The notes under the pieces: generated by a model
Seen by the model: the letters and a program-made list of their open reading frames with translations, nothing else
Database searches by the model: none
What the model was told of the DNA's origin: nothing
Part shown: one piece after another, positions 26,365 to 39,800 of the stretch
Layout of the letters: each line of letters opens with the position of its first letter
How positions within the stretch are numbered: position 1 is the stretch's first letter
Translations under genes and position numbers: made by a program
Origin: Octopus sinensis
Taxonomy: Eukaryota
Length of the DNA: 64,000 nucleotides
Assembly: GCF_006345805.1 (NCBI RefSeq)
Contig: NC_043019.1
Location: forward strand, 11,717,360-11,781,359
Reading direction: 5' to 3'

Positions 26365-26409
<45 letters not shown>

Positions 26410-26767
26410 TATGTATGTATATGTATGTATATATACATAAATAATTTACAAGATAAGGGCAGAAGAAAAATTCTAATTTTCTTCTGCCCCTATCTTGTAA
26501 ATTATTTATAAATTTAACCTTTAAGGTATTTTTTGATATGCTGGCCATTGATAAAAATTTTTTCATGAAAAAATTTTATCCTACATTTGTATATATATAT
26601 TATATATATATATATAATATATATGTATATATTATATATAATATATATATATTATATATATATAGATAATATATATTGTATATATATATAGATGTATATA
26701 TATATATATATGTTATATATATATATATATATTATATATATATATATATATGTATATTATATATATA

Positions 26768-26802
<35 letters not shown>

Positions 26803-26804
26803 TA

Positions 26805-26873
<69 letters not shown>

Positions 26874-26890
26874 ATATATATATATAGAAT
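26150..26890. repeat. (TA)n-dominated microsatellite blocks
   Basis: Direct reading. Confidence 0.9.
26437..26509. repeat. Short near-perfect hairpin (~33-bp arms, 7-nt spacer)
   Basis: ataaataatttacaagataagggcagaagaaaa / ttttcttctgcccctatcttgtaaattatttat with one mismatch. Confidence 0.85.
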
Positions 26891-27286
26891 ATGTACTAGG
26901 CATAAAAAAGTCCTGGGTCGATTTGTTCGACTAAAACCCTTCAAGGTGGTGCTTCAGCATGGTCACAGCTTAACAACTGAAACAAGGAAAAGATAACATA
27001 TATATAAAATAAATACCAGTCATGTACTGGGATCAATGTAATTGACTAGCCCCATCTCTCAAAAAAAACAGAACTTTTGCCTAAGGTAGAAAGGATTATT
27101 TTTTTTTGCATTTTAAGCTGTTTCAGTTTTCTTACCTTAAAGAGATGCTTGTCTTTTTGTTGTTGCTGTTACAGTCAATGTTGCTGCTAGTGGTGTTGGT
27201 AATGACTGACTAATGCTGATCTTGACTGATTGCTTATCATCACACCTTAAATAACCTACAAACACACTTCAACATCACTCATATAA

Positions 27287-27319
<33 letters not shown>

Positions 27320-28179
27320 TGGGTTTACAAGTTTTCTTTTATAATAGATATAAAAAGGTCAAACAAGCAAATTTTGTACAAAGTGCAAAAGTTCCTGCTA
27401 CCATAAAAAAGACTCCGCCGGTTACGACGACGAGGGTCCCAGCTGATACGATCAACGGAACAGCTTGCTCGTGAAATTAACGTGCAAATGGCTGAGCATT
27501 CCACAGACACGTGTACCCTTAACGTAGTTCTTGGGGATAATCAGCGTGACACAGAGAGTGACAAGGCTGACCCTTTGAAATACAAGTACAACTCATTTTT
27601 GCCAGCTGAGTGGACTGGAGCAACGTGAAATAAAGTGTCTTGCTCAAGGACACAACGCGTCGCCGGGAATCGAACTCACAACCTTACGATCATGAGCCGA
27701 ATGCCCTAACCACTAAGCCACGCACCCTCACTCCTGCTACCATAACAAATGCTTATTTATAGAGAATGAGAAGAAGCTTCTTCTAAGCAAACGATTCTAG
27801 ACTTGTTTTTGAAAAAGAAATCTATGAGTCTGTCTACGAGTGCTTGTGAATTGGCGATTGTGTCTACAAGTATTGATGTATGCAAGTCTAGTGTGAGTGA
27901 CAGGGATTCAGAAAACAGTTATAATAATATTTTTACTATAAATGATCTTGATGTTCTTTTTACTTTGCATAGAATATTCTTTACATTCTACTGTTGTTTT
28001 ATTGCCATTTATTTTACAAATATTATAAATTCTATAGGTAAAATAGTTTTCTGGGAACGAATTACAATTTATAACATTGTTACCATGCGAAATTATTGCT
28101 CTGCTTTATGAATTTTCACTTTACGAGTGGTCTCCGGGTATAAATTAAGTCGTATATCAAAGCATTACTGTATATATAC

Positions 28180-28217
<38 letters not shown>

Positions 28218-28298
28218 TATATTATATATATATAATATATATATATATATACATATATAATACACACACACATATATATGGTGTGTAAATATATATTG

Positions 28299-28344
<46 letters not shown>

Positions 28345-28717
28345 TATAGGTTAAAATGAGATAGGGGTTGAAAATTCAACCCACCATGGATAATATATAT
28401 CCAATATACTGCTAGATAGGTACCCAACAAAAATTAATACATAGATGTTAAAAATTGTCAAACAATCAGTTCATCTATTGCATTATGGGTAAAGGTAATA
28501 ATATTACCGTAAATAATACTACAAATTAGAGAATGGAGGAGAAATATACTTAAATCAGTAAAACATCAATATCCGATGATACTCAATCCATACTTTAATA
28601 CACCATTACATATGAGTAAAGGCAATACATAAAATGAAATGAGATATACAGTAATATTAAAAAGATAAAGAGATATAAGTAAAAAATTTTCAAATATAAT
28701 ATGCAAATAAATCAAAA

Positions 28718-28823
28718 CTGACAGCTGTTTCGGCAGTGAGGACAGTCATACCTCATTTAACCTAAGCCATAAAGGCAGGTATAAATGAGGCATTAACAAG
28801 GATGCCCCACGGCCTCTTCAGAG
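28718..28823 (-). ncRNA. Hammerhead-ribozyme-like motif, left arm of palindrome
   Basis: Reverse complement of the 29762-29867 motif (CUGAAGA...GAAA CAGCUG UC). Confidence 0.65.
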
Positions 28824-29170
28824 AATTAAATTAAATTTGTTATAATAGTGAAAAATATTATACAATCATATACATATAAATATAAAAATATAAAAATGTA
28901 AAATATAAAAACTTATACATCATAAAGCTACACTTATATATATAATACACATTTGTACAAAAAAGGAAGGTAAACAGAACAAAATAAACAAAATATATAA
29001 TAGTGTATATATTAATATCAATAAGTACCGATATTATACATATTGGCTAATAGTTTTTTTATATATATAAAAAAAAAAGGGAACATATATGGAGATGAAA
29101 AATAATAATTAAATCCGTGGTACAGTTCATAAGATTCTAAAGCTATAAAAGTTAATAAAAATTACTATTA

Positions 29171-29208
<38 letters not shown>

Positions 29209-29761
29209 TAATAATAATAATAATAATAAAATATAATAAAAATAGATACATTAAGTTAGCACCAAGTCCATCCTTACAAGATCGAAATAACTATAGTTAT
29301 TTCGATCTTGTAAGGATGGACTTGGTGCTAACTTAACTGTATCTATTTTTTATTATATTTTTTATATTATTATTATTATTATATTATTATTATTATATTA
29401 TTATTATTATATTATTATTAATAGTAATTTTATTAACTTTTATAGCTTTAGAATCTTATGAACTGTACCACGGATTTAATTATTATTTTTCATCTCCATA
29501 TATGTTAGCCCTTTTTTTATATATATAAAAAAAACTATTAGCCAAATATGTATATATCGGTACTTATTGATATTAATATATACACTATATATATTTGTTT
29601 TATTTTGTTCTGTTTACCTTCCTTTTTTGTACAATGTGTATTATTATATAAGTGTAGCTTTATGATGTATAAGTTTTTATATTTTACATTTTTATATTTT
29701 TATATTTATATGTATATGATTGTATAATATTTTTCACTATTATAACAAATTTAATTTAATT

Positions 29762-29867
29762 CTCTGAAGAGGCCGTGGGGCATCCTTGTTAAGCCTCATT
29801 TATACCTGCCTTATGGCTTATAGGTTAAATGAGGTATGACTGTCCTCACTGCCGAAACAGCTGTCAG
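29762..29867 (+). ncRNA. Hammerhead-ribozyme-like motif, right arm of palindrome
   Basis: CTGAAGA (29764-70), stem II GGCcGTGGGG/CCTCACtGCC extended by GCCTCATTTA/TAAATGAGGT, GAAA (29854-57), CAGCTG, GUC cleavage triplet (cut after 29865); interrupted stem I. Confidence 0.65.
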
Positions 29868-30118
29868 TTTTGATTTATTTGCATATTTATTTGAAAATTT
29901 TTTACTTATATATCTTTATCTTTTTATATTACTGTATATCTCATTTCATTTTATGTATTGCCTTTACTCATATGTAATGGTGTGTATTAAAGTATGGATT
30001 GAGTATCATCGATAGTTGATGTTTTACTGATTTAAGTATATTTCTCCATTCTCTAATTTTGTAGTATTATATATATACACACACACATATATATTGTGGT
30101 GTAAATCTATATATTATG

Positions 30119-30149
<31 letters not shown>

Positions 30150-30180
30150 ATATATTATATATATAAACACATAAATATAT

Positions 30181-30213
<33 letters not shown>

Positions 30214-32069
30214 ATTATATATATACATATCTCAATGTGTGTATGTGTATATGCATGCAAACATGTTTATGTATGTGTGTATGTGTGCATATATATATAT
30301 ATATTATACATAGGTATATATGTATGCAGAAAGAAAATACTGATTAGCATATTTTAAAAATAGAAATTACATTTTTTCTTTATCTCGTTAGCGTTAGCGT
30401 TAGCTTGTCTTAAGTGTACTTGTCTTTTCTATCTTCCATTTACTTTTGTTTTATCTAACTTAATTAGGTTCAAAATTAATTGCTCTACAATGGACCAAGG
30501 TTTAATAATAAAAATAATAACGACTACTCTTCCCCAAAATATAATTACCATATTTTAACGTGTATAAGAAACCCGCTAATTTTGGGGGCTTAAAATTTGG
30601 AAAATGGTTTTGTGAGGGATTATAATACTATCCATGTATAAGAAACTCCCATATTTTTTTAACCTAATTTTTGACAAAAAGGGGTTCCTTATACATGTTA
30701 AGATATGGTGCTTATTTATTGAGTTTTCTTCTTTTCTTTCCTTACTTCCTTCCTCCTTTTCTTTCTTTCTCTTTCTTTTCTTCTTTCTATCTTTCTTTCT
30801 CTTAGTCAAACAGATCAACCCTAGAACTTATTTCTTATAAAGCCAAGTACTTACGACAGGCTTCTATCAGTTTTTGTTTACCAAATTCACTCTCAAGGCT
30901 TTGGTCGGCCCAAGGCTATTGTAGAAAACACTCATCCAAGGTGTCACACAGTGGGACTGAACCTGAAACCTGTGGTTACAAAGCAAGCTTCTTACCACAC
31001 AGCCAGGTTATAATCCAAATCACTACAATTGTTTCTATGCATTAGCATCAGCTGGTAATTACTCAGTACTTCACTTATTATTCACATTCTTCTATTAATA
31101 TGATCCAACAATAGCTGTGTACCTGCACATCTTCAGTTGAGTGGGGTCAAAAGCACTACTGGGTCACCAATAGTTTTCCATTGTTTTATACCCATATTCT
31201 ATTTTTAGCATTCCATTGACAAAGAGCAACATATGTATACATATGTATTATATATATATGTGTGTGTGTGTGTATCGTCATCACATATTTGTATGAAATT
31301 TCATTAAAAACTATCCAGGAGGGGCTGTGTGGTAAGTAGCTTGGTTACGAACCACATGGTTCCAGGTTCAGTCCCATTTCGTGGCACTTTGGGTAAGTGT
31401 CTTCTACTATAGCCTCGGGCCAACCAAGCCTTGTGAGTGGATTTGATAGATGGAAACTGAAAGAAGCCCGTCATATATATGTATATATATGTGTGTGTGT
31501 GTGTTTGTGTGTCTGTGTTTGTCCCCCCAACATCGCTTGACAACCGATGCTGGTGTGTTTGCGTCCCCGTAACTCCGGCAAAAGAGACCGATAGAATAAG
31601 TACTAGGCTTACAAAGAATAAGTCCTGGGGTCGATTTGCTTGACTAAAGGCAGTGCTCCAGCATGGCCACAGTCAAACGACTGAAACAAGTGAAAGAGTA
31701 AAAGAGAGTAAGAGTATTTTGCTGGGAGTTATGAGACAACAGAGTCTGTGGGATGCACATGTGTAGGTATGCTCCATGTAGTTGTGTGCATGTGTGTGTG
31801 TGTGTGCATGCATGTTTGTGTTAGTGTCTCCCTGCCTTAACATTGTCTTGTAGCTGTAAATGAGCGTCACTGTCATCCAAGCAGTGTCCTTCATCTCCAG
31901 TCTTCTAGGGAAGACTGGAGATGTCTGGCCATGGAGAAATATGACCCTTTCTTGAAAACAGGTGAGGGTTGTTCACAGGGAGGGCATCAGGCCATAAAAT
32001 ACATCTGCCTCAATAAATTCCACCCGATCCATACAAGCACAGAAAAATAGACGTTAAAACAACGACGAA

Positions 32070-32079
32070 ATGACGATGT

Positions 32080-32128
<49 letters not shown>

Positions 32129-32756
32129 AGTGATGATGATGATGAGGAGGAGGAGGAGAGAAAGAGGAGAAGAGGAGGAGGAGGAGGAGAAGGGGAGGAG
32201 GAGGAGGAGGAGGAGGAGGAGGAGAAGGAGGAGGAGGAGGAGGATGACGACGACGATGATGTCCTTATTGTTGTTGTTGTTTGTGACACCATTGTGACTG
32301 TCTGTCACACTTTATCAGTAAACTTGGTACAAACCACTTGTTTGGTTATCTGTCCTTCTTACTGTTGTTGCTGTTGCTGCTGCTGCTGTGGTTAATGATG
32401 GCAGTGGTGGTAGTGATGGTAATGCTGTTGTTGTTGCTGCTGCTGTTGTTGGTGGTGGTGATGATGATAGTGGTGCGCTGGTGATAGAGATAGAGATAGT
32501 GGTGGTGTGTTAACAACAAAACAAGATGAGGACTCCCGTCAAATGTAAATAATGTAAATAATGAACAAAGGTGGTGTTGATGATTGTGGTAGTATTCTTA
32601 GTGGTGGTGGTGGTGACGTTGGCATCGGCGGCGTGGGCGGTGGTGGTGGTGTGGTGGTGGTGATGGAGATGGCAGTGGTGGTGCTGTTAGTGTTGTTGTT
32701 GGTGGCGGTGCTAGAAACATAGTTGGTGTTGATGATTGTGGTAGTAGTGTTAGTGG

Positions 32757-32787
<31 letters not shown>

Positions 32788-32880
32788 GGTGGTGGTGTTG
32801 GTGGTGGTGGTGGTGGTGGTGGTAGTAGTGTGCTGGTGGCGATGGGGGCGGCAGTGATGGTGATGTTAGTGGTGTTAATG
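32070..32880. repeat. (GAT)n, (GAG)n and (GGT/GTT)n low-complexity tract
   Basis: Direct reading. Confidence 0.9.
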
Positions 32881-35418
32881 GCACCCTAGAACATTCTGGA
32901 AAGTGGTTGGTGTTAGAAAAAAAACCCCAGCTGTAGTAACTATGCTAATGATAGAGTTTGGTACAACCCTCTGCTCTTCCTTCAGTTTCCATCTACCAAA
33001 TCCACTCACAAGGTTCTAGGTAGCCTGAGATTATAGTAGAAGACACTTGTCCAAGGTGACATGCAGTGGGATTGAACCTGAGGTGAGATGATGAAGAAGC
33101 AAGCAAATTTCTTGAGCACTCAACCGTGCCTAAGCTCACGTATAGCTTAGTGGTTAGGACACTTAGTTTGGGTTCTCAGTGGTGTGTTGTGTCCTTAAGT
33201 AAGACACTTTGTTTCACTTTGTCCCTCTAACATCGCTTGACAACCGATGCTGGTGTGTTTACGTCCCGGGATTGATTTGTTCAACTAAAGGCGGTGCTCC
33301 AGCATGGTCACAGTCAAATGACTGAAACAAGTAAAAGAATGAAAGAATATACTCTTTTACTCATTTTACTCTTTTACTTGTTTCAGTCATTTGACTGCGG
33401 CCATGCTGGTGCACCGCCTTTAGTCGAGCAAATCGACCCCGGGACTTATTCTTTGTAAGTTCAGTACTTATTCTATCGGTCTCTTTTGCCGAACCGCTAA
33501 GTGACGAGGACGTAAACACACCAGCATCAGTTGTCAAGCAATGCTAGGGGGACAAACACAGACACACAAACACATATACACACATATATATATATATACA
33601 TATATACGACATGCTTCTTTCAGTTTCCGTCTACCAAATCCACTCACAAGGCATTGGTCGGCCTGGGGCTATAGCAGAAGACACTTGCCCAAGATGCCAC
33701 GCAGTGGGACTGAACCCGGAACCATGTGGCTGGTTAGCAAGCTACTTACCACACAGCCAGTATATAATAAAAATGTATTATTGTTATTTTAATGCCTCTT
33801 TTAACAATGCTTGCATGGGTGAGACGGAATTTATTGAAGCAGATTTCCTCAACTGGATGCCTCTCCTGTTGCCAATCTTTACCTGTTTCCAAGCAAGATA
33901 GTATTTCCCCCATGGCCAGGTATGCACAGAAGACTGGAAATTAATGACTTGACTTATTACGACACTGATGCTCACGACTATTATGTGATATCAAGAGAAA
34001 GCGACTCGGGTGCACATGCACACACACACACACACACATGTACATATATATGTTTTTACATTTTGAGTTCAAATCCCACCTTGCTTTTTATTCTTTCAGG
34101 ATTGGTGAAATGAGTACCAGTTATACACTGGGGTTGATGTAATTGACAAGTCCTTCCCCCCAAAATTTCAGGTTTTGTGCCTATAGCAGAAAGGATTGTT
34201 AACATAGATTAGCTTGCAGCTTTCATTGAAGGTTTTAATTTCAGTCACTTTGAATCAAGATGTTTGTATCATAGAACCAAGGGGTAGTCTTAGGTGAGTC
34301 ACAGAATGCATAGACTTATAGAATCATACAGTATTTAACCATTTTATTACCATATTTCTATTGAAAAACACTCTCTTTTTTTTTTCAAATGATTTTCAAA
34401 ATAACGAAGAATTTAGCTGGTGTTTGGAACAAAACTTAATATGGAATTTTGCTGGAAAGTTCTAATTTAGATCACTTACCTTTTAGTACCATATTTCTGT
34501 TGAAATACCACATTTCCTTTATTTCAATTAATTTTGAAAATAACAAAGAATTTAGTGAAATACCTTTGTGATTATTGAGCTGGTAAAGGCGGTGAGTTGG
34601 CAGAATCATTAGCATGCCAGGCGAAATGCTTAGCGGTATTTCGTCTGCCGCTACGTTCTGAGTTCAAATTCTGCCGAGGTCGACTTTGCCTTTCATCCTT
34701 TCGCGGTCGATAAATTAAATACCAGTTATGCACTGAGGTTGATATAATCGACTTAATCCATTTATCTGTCCTTGTTTGTCCCCTCTATGTTTAGCCCCTT
34801 GTGGATAGTAAAGAAATAGGTATTTCATATGTTCAAATTCCACCAAGGTCGACTTTGCCTTTCCTCCTCTTGGTGGTTGATTAAATAAGTACCAGTTACG
34901 CACTGGGGTCGATGTAATTGACTTAATCCCTTCCTCCAAATTTCAGGCTTTGTGTCTACAGTAGAAAGGATTATTGAGCTGGTGTTTGGAACCTAAATTA
35001 ATGAGAAATTTTCATGGATGGTTTCAATTTAGATCAGTTTGAAACAAGAAGTTTGTATCATAGAATCAAGGAGTGGTCTTTCTCATGAGTCACAGAACAA
35101 CAGGAACTGATAGAGTCATAAAATATTTAATCCTTTTATTACCAAATTGCTTTTGAAATTCACCACTTTTGTTTCAATTAATTTTGAAAATAATGAAAGA
35201 TTTAGTAAAATAACTATCTGGTGTAAGGTGTAAATTTTGATGGAATGTTTTTAGATTAGTTTAAAACAGTAAGTTTATGCTACCGAAGCAAGAGGTCTCG
35301 AGCAGATTGCTATGACCAACGTTAAAAGAACTTATCAATAACTCAATTGTGAAATACGCCATGGAAACCAGGAAATTGGGCCCATGAGCCTGGCTAGGCT
35401 TTAAAAGGACGCATTTAT

Positions 35419-35822
35419 TCTTTTACTTGTTTCAGTCATTTGACTGCGGCCATGCTGGAGCACCGCTTTTAATCGAGCAACTCGAACCCGGGACTTATTC
35501 TTTGTAAGCCCAGTACTTATTCTATCGGTCTCTTTTTGCCGAACCGCTAAGTGACGGGGACGTAAACACACCAGCATCGGTTGTCAAGCGATGGTGAGGG
35601 GACAAACACAGACACACAAACATATACACACACATACATATACATAGATACATATATACGACAGGCTTCTTTCAGTTTCCGTCTACTAAATCTACTCACA
35701 AGGCATTGGTCGGTCCGAGGCTATAGCAGAAGACACTTGCCCAAGATGCCACGCAGTGGGACTGAACCCGGAACCATGTGGTTGGTTAGCAAGCTACTTA
35801 CCACACAGCCACTCCTGCGCCT
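35419..35822 (-). mobile_element. tRNA-derived SINE family A, full-length example (>15 full or partial copies, e.g. 2632-2993, 7340-7730, 13580-13985, 16031-16430, 17851-18232, 21951-22442, 31316-31712, 33351-33760)
   Basis: Sense head aggcgcaggagTGGCTGTGTGG...GGTTCAGTCCC (Pol III A/B boxes), TTGGGCAAGT CORE-like motif, central microsatellite, tail ...gactgaaacaagtaaaagagta. Confidence 0.85.
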
Positions 35823-36737
35823 ATTATTTATTTATCTTTATATTGTGAAATGATAAATATAAGGATAAATAAATAATAAATGCACCCTTTTAAAGCCTAG
35901 CCAGCCTCATTGGCCCGATTTCCCGGTTTCCATGGCGTATGTGTTCCCAAGCTGGATGGGACACCATTCCATCGCAGCATTATTCATTTTTGCCAGCTGA
36001 GTGGACTGGAGCAACATGAAATGAAGTGTTTTGCTCAAGAACACAACGCGTCGCCCGGTCCAGGAATCGAAACCACAACCTTACGATCATGATGTTGACA
36101 CCCTAACCACTAAGCCACGCTCCTCCACAGATATAAAGATACGTTTGTGTATGTGTGTATTAAGTTTGTTAAAAGATGTATGTGCGTGTGAACCATAAAA
36201 TTCTTTAAAAGTGTGTGTATAAGTGTGTAGTGTTTTGTAAATTTCTCAAAACATGTGTGTATGTAGTGTGTGTGTGTGTTTGTGTGTGTGTGCATGTGTG
36301 TTTGTAGTTGTGTGCGCGCGCGTGTGTATGTAGATGTGTAGTGGTATGTGAGTGTGTTCGTATGCGTGTGTATGTGGACGTGCGTGTTTTTAATTCGTCA
36401 AAAGATGCGTGTGTGTATTTCTGCCTTAAATTCATCAAAAGTATGTGAGTGTGTGTGTGTGTATGTGTGTACCCCAAATTCGTTAAAAGATATATATGTG
36501 TGTGTTTGTGAGTGGGTGCCTTAAATTTGTTAAAAGATGCGTGTATGTACGTGAAATTCGTTGGGAGTTGTATGCTTTTCATTCGTCAGAAATGTGTGTG
36601 TGTGAGTGTGTCCGTGTGTGTTGGTAGCATAACAGAACTTTAGTAAATAAATAAATAAATTAATAAATCAAAAAAATATCAGAATGTCGAAATAATAGGA
36701 AAAAATGGGAAACTGTCTTCATTTGAATAAAATTTCA

Positions 36738-36765
36738 GTCACCTGACTAGCATCATGTGACGTCA
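36738..36765 (+). promoter_or_regulatory. Candidate proximal promoter of CFAP57 copy 1: E-box-like GTCACCTGAC and perfect CRE TGACGTCA
   Basis: GTCACCTGAC at 36738-36747 and TGACGTCA at 36758-36765, about 70-95 nt upstream of the ATG; the first motif resembles the CACGTGAC found upstream of copies 2 and 3. Confidence 0.35.
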
Positions 36766-36833
36766 GATTTAATTTCACTTTTAACTTATAATAAAAGCGA
36801 CCGGGAAAGTCAGGGAATTTATTTCTATTTAAA

Positions 36834-39800
36834 ATGTCTATCTCTACAGCGACAATAAAATATTTGATTGGAATCAACTCGGATATTTCTAGCAATGTCT
36901 TTTATCTTGATGAACAAACGATCCTTTATCCGTGTGGATGTTACTGTGTCTTTTATAACACCGAACAGAAGACCATGCGATTGCTCTTAGCATCAGAGAA
37001 AGGAGCTGAAATAACTGCCATGACTATTAGTCCTAACCGTAGCTATACCGCTGTTGGTTTGAAATACGAGAAACCGTCTGTAAACATTCTTGATTTGTTT
37101 GCTTTCCGGAAAAAGAAGACATTAGTTTGTCCGGAATTATTTTCTTGTAAAATAGTTAGTTTGTCTTTTTCATCTGATTCTCGATGCATCATAGCGATAT
37201 GTGACGATCCATCACGAACTCTCCTTTACTGGTCATGGGAAAAATCGAGGCTACTCATAACAGCCAAAGTCACGAATTCTGCGGTACCAGAGACTCTTAA
37301 TTTTATCAGCTTCAATCCGCAGGATCATCTTAACGTGTATGCTTTTGGTAATGGACTTCTAAAATCATTCCGATTCGTCGAAGGTAACCTCAAACAGTTC
37401 AATTTCCCGAAGATCGAACCTCGAGATTTCAAATGCTATTGTTGGGATGCGAACGAGCGTCTTTTGGTGGGTACAGGCAATGGAAGAGTGTTGTTTATTG
37501 AAGGTACGGATTTAAGACTCGATTTTAACGTATTCCAATATTTGAATATTCCAAACGATGCTGCAAGGACGCACGGAGTGACAGCAATCGTAAGTTATTC
37601 TAAAGGGTTTATTACAGCGTGTGGTACGCAATATGTGCAGTTTTTTGAAAGAGTTGAAGACAAAGATAATTACAAGTTTGTTAGGGATGTTTTGCTACCG
37701 TCAGATACATTGGACAATAACAAATTATGCGACCAGGTAATAAAATGGATGGTGGTGAATCCAACGGAGGATGTTCTCGTTATTAGCACCAATATGAAAC
37801 AAATGTATTCTACACAAGTTAATCCACCTGAAACGAAATATATGAAGCAGACGAGCGTGTTTGATGTTTTAGTACAGCCTTTCCATTATAAATCTGTCAC
37901 TGGCTGTTGTGTCTGCTCGTGGAAGCCTCTCATTGCAACCAGCTCTCTGGACGGTTCCATAAAAGTGTGGAACTATGAAACGTTTACCTTAGAACTTTCT
38001 AAAGACTTTTCAGAAGAAGTATACAGCATATCTATGCACCCAATGGGACTATTTCTTCTGGCAGGTTTCAGCGACAAATTACGTTTCATGTATATTCTCA
38101 GAGACGACTTCAAACAGTTTAAGGAATTCAGTATCCGCATGTGTACACATTGCAACTTCAGTCGAGGTGGGCACATGTTCGCGGCGGTCAACAACAACTT
38201 TATACAGGTATACTCGTCGATTACTTTCGAAATGCTGGCCAACCTGAAAGGTCACAACGGCAAAGTTCAAGCTACCGCCTGGTGTATGGATGATAATAAT
38301 CTAATCTCATGCGGTTTGGATGGGGCTGTTTATGACTGGGAATTAAAAACCGGGAAACGAATTGGTCAGTGTGTCTTGAAATCCTGCGCCTATAACGATG
38401 TCATTATAAATTTCGAAAACAAGAATTTCTATGCCGTAGGCTCAGATTATTCTATGAAAGAAATCCACGAGTCTGACATACTGCGAACATTTCCATCGGG
38501 TGACGTGCTTTTCACTTCAATTGCTCTGTCATGGTCCAATACAATGCTATTTGTTGGCACTAATAATGGTTATATAAGAAGCTTGGAGTATCCTATAATG
38601 CTTCCGGGAAGATGGCTTGATTATCCATGTCATAGTCTCGACACTACACACATGACTTTTACAACTGATGATCGATACTTAATCTCAACATCAAAAGATG
38701 CCTCGATAGCAATATGGAAGGTAAACGTTGCTGAAAGTCGGGCTTTGAAACGTGACCGGAGTACTATTTGGTCCGAGGAGATCTTAATCCCAAGGTCCGA
38801 TTTGGAAGAAAAAAATAGTTCGCTTGCAGAGTTGAAATCTCGTGTAGAAGAACTTAACATGGAAAACGAATACCAGATGCATCTCAAAGACATGAGCTAC
38901 AACGACAAAATAAGAGAGATGACCGAAACATTTATTCAAGAAATGGAAAATTTGAAAACCAAAAACCAAGCCCTACAGAATGACAAAACCAAACAGGAAT
39001 CCAGACATGACGAGATAATGACAGAAATGCTGGAAAAGCACTGCAGAGAACTTCAGTTCATCGAATCTGCCAACGATAAAAAGTTATTAGAAGAATATGA
39101 AAAATTCAAGGATCTTCATAATAGGTTGTTAAGACTGCAAGAAGAACATGACCAACAGGTACAAGAACTGGAAGAAAAGCAAGAACTTCTACAAGAACAA
39201 TTGACAGCACACTACGAAGGGAAACTTCAAGAAGTGGAGAAGAAACTGGAGCAGCGCCTGGAGGATATTATGCTGCAGCAGAAAGAATACGATGAAATGA
39301 AAAAACAGATCGAGGAAGATGCAGATATGGAAATCGTCTACACAAAAACCGATTACGAACAACAGCTGTATCACGAGAGATATTCCAATTCTAAAATCAA
39401 AGATGAAAACAGTATTTTGAAGAAGAAGCTCTTAGCTTTCCCCAAAGAACTAAAAGAAAGCAAGGAAGAGTGTAAAAAGTATAAACTCGAGATAAAGAGA
39501 CTGAACATTATTATAGGTAATCTAGAGAAAGATATACAAAGTTTAAAGAAAGAACTACAGAACCAAGATCACGGACTACAGGACGAAGAGAAACGGTTCT
39601 ATGATCTGAAGTTGAAGAATCATGAAATCGAGAAACTGAAATGCGAACTTGAATACAACAAGATCATCGAACTGAGACAGCAAATCGAACAGAGGGAGGT
39701 GGAAATTAGTAACATGAAGGAGCAGATCAAAGCTATGCAAAGCGAACTGGAAAACTTCACTCAACAGTTTATCATCATGGACCACACGACAGCAGAAACG

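Larger units (their letters stand above)
28513..30070. repeat. ~1.56-kb spacer-less inverted repeat (palindrome), arms ~780 bp, centre 29293/29294
   Basis: Centre ...ccttacaagatcgaaataacta|tagttatttcgatcttgtaagg...; the arms remain reverse-complementary out to ataatactac / gtagtattat, differing mostly by small indels. Confidence 0.93.
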
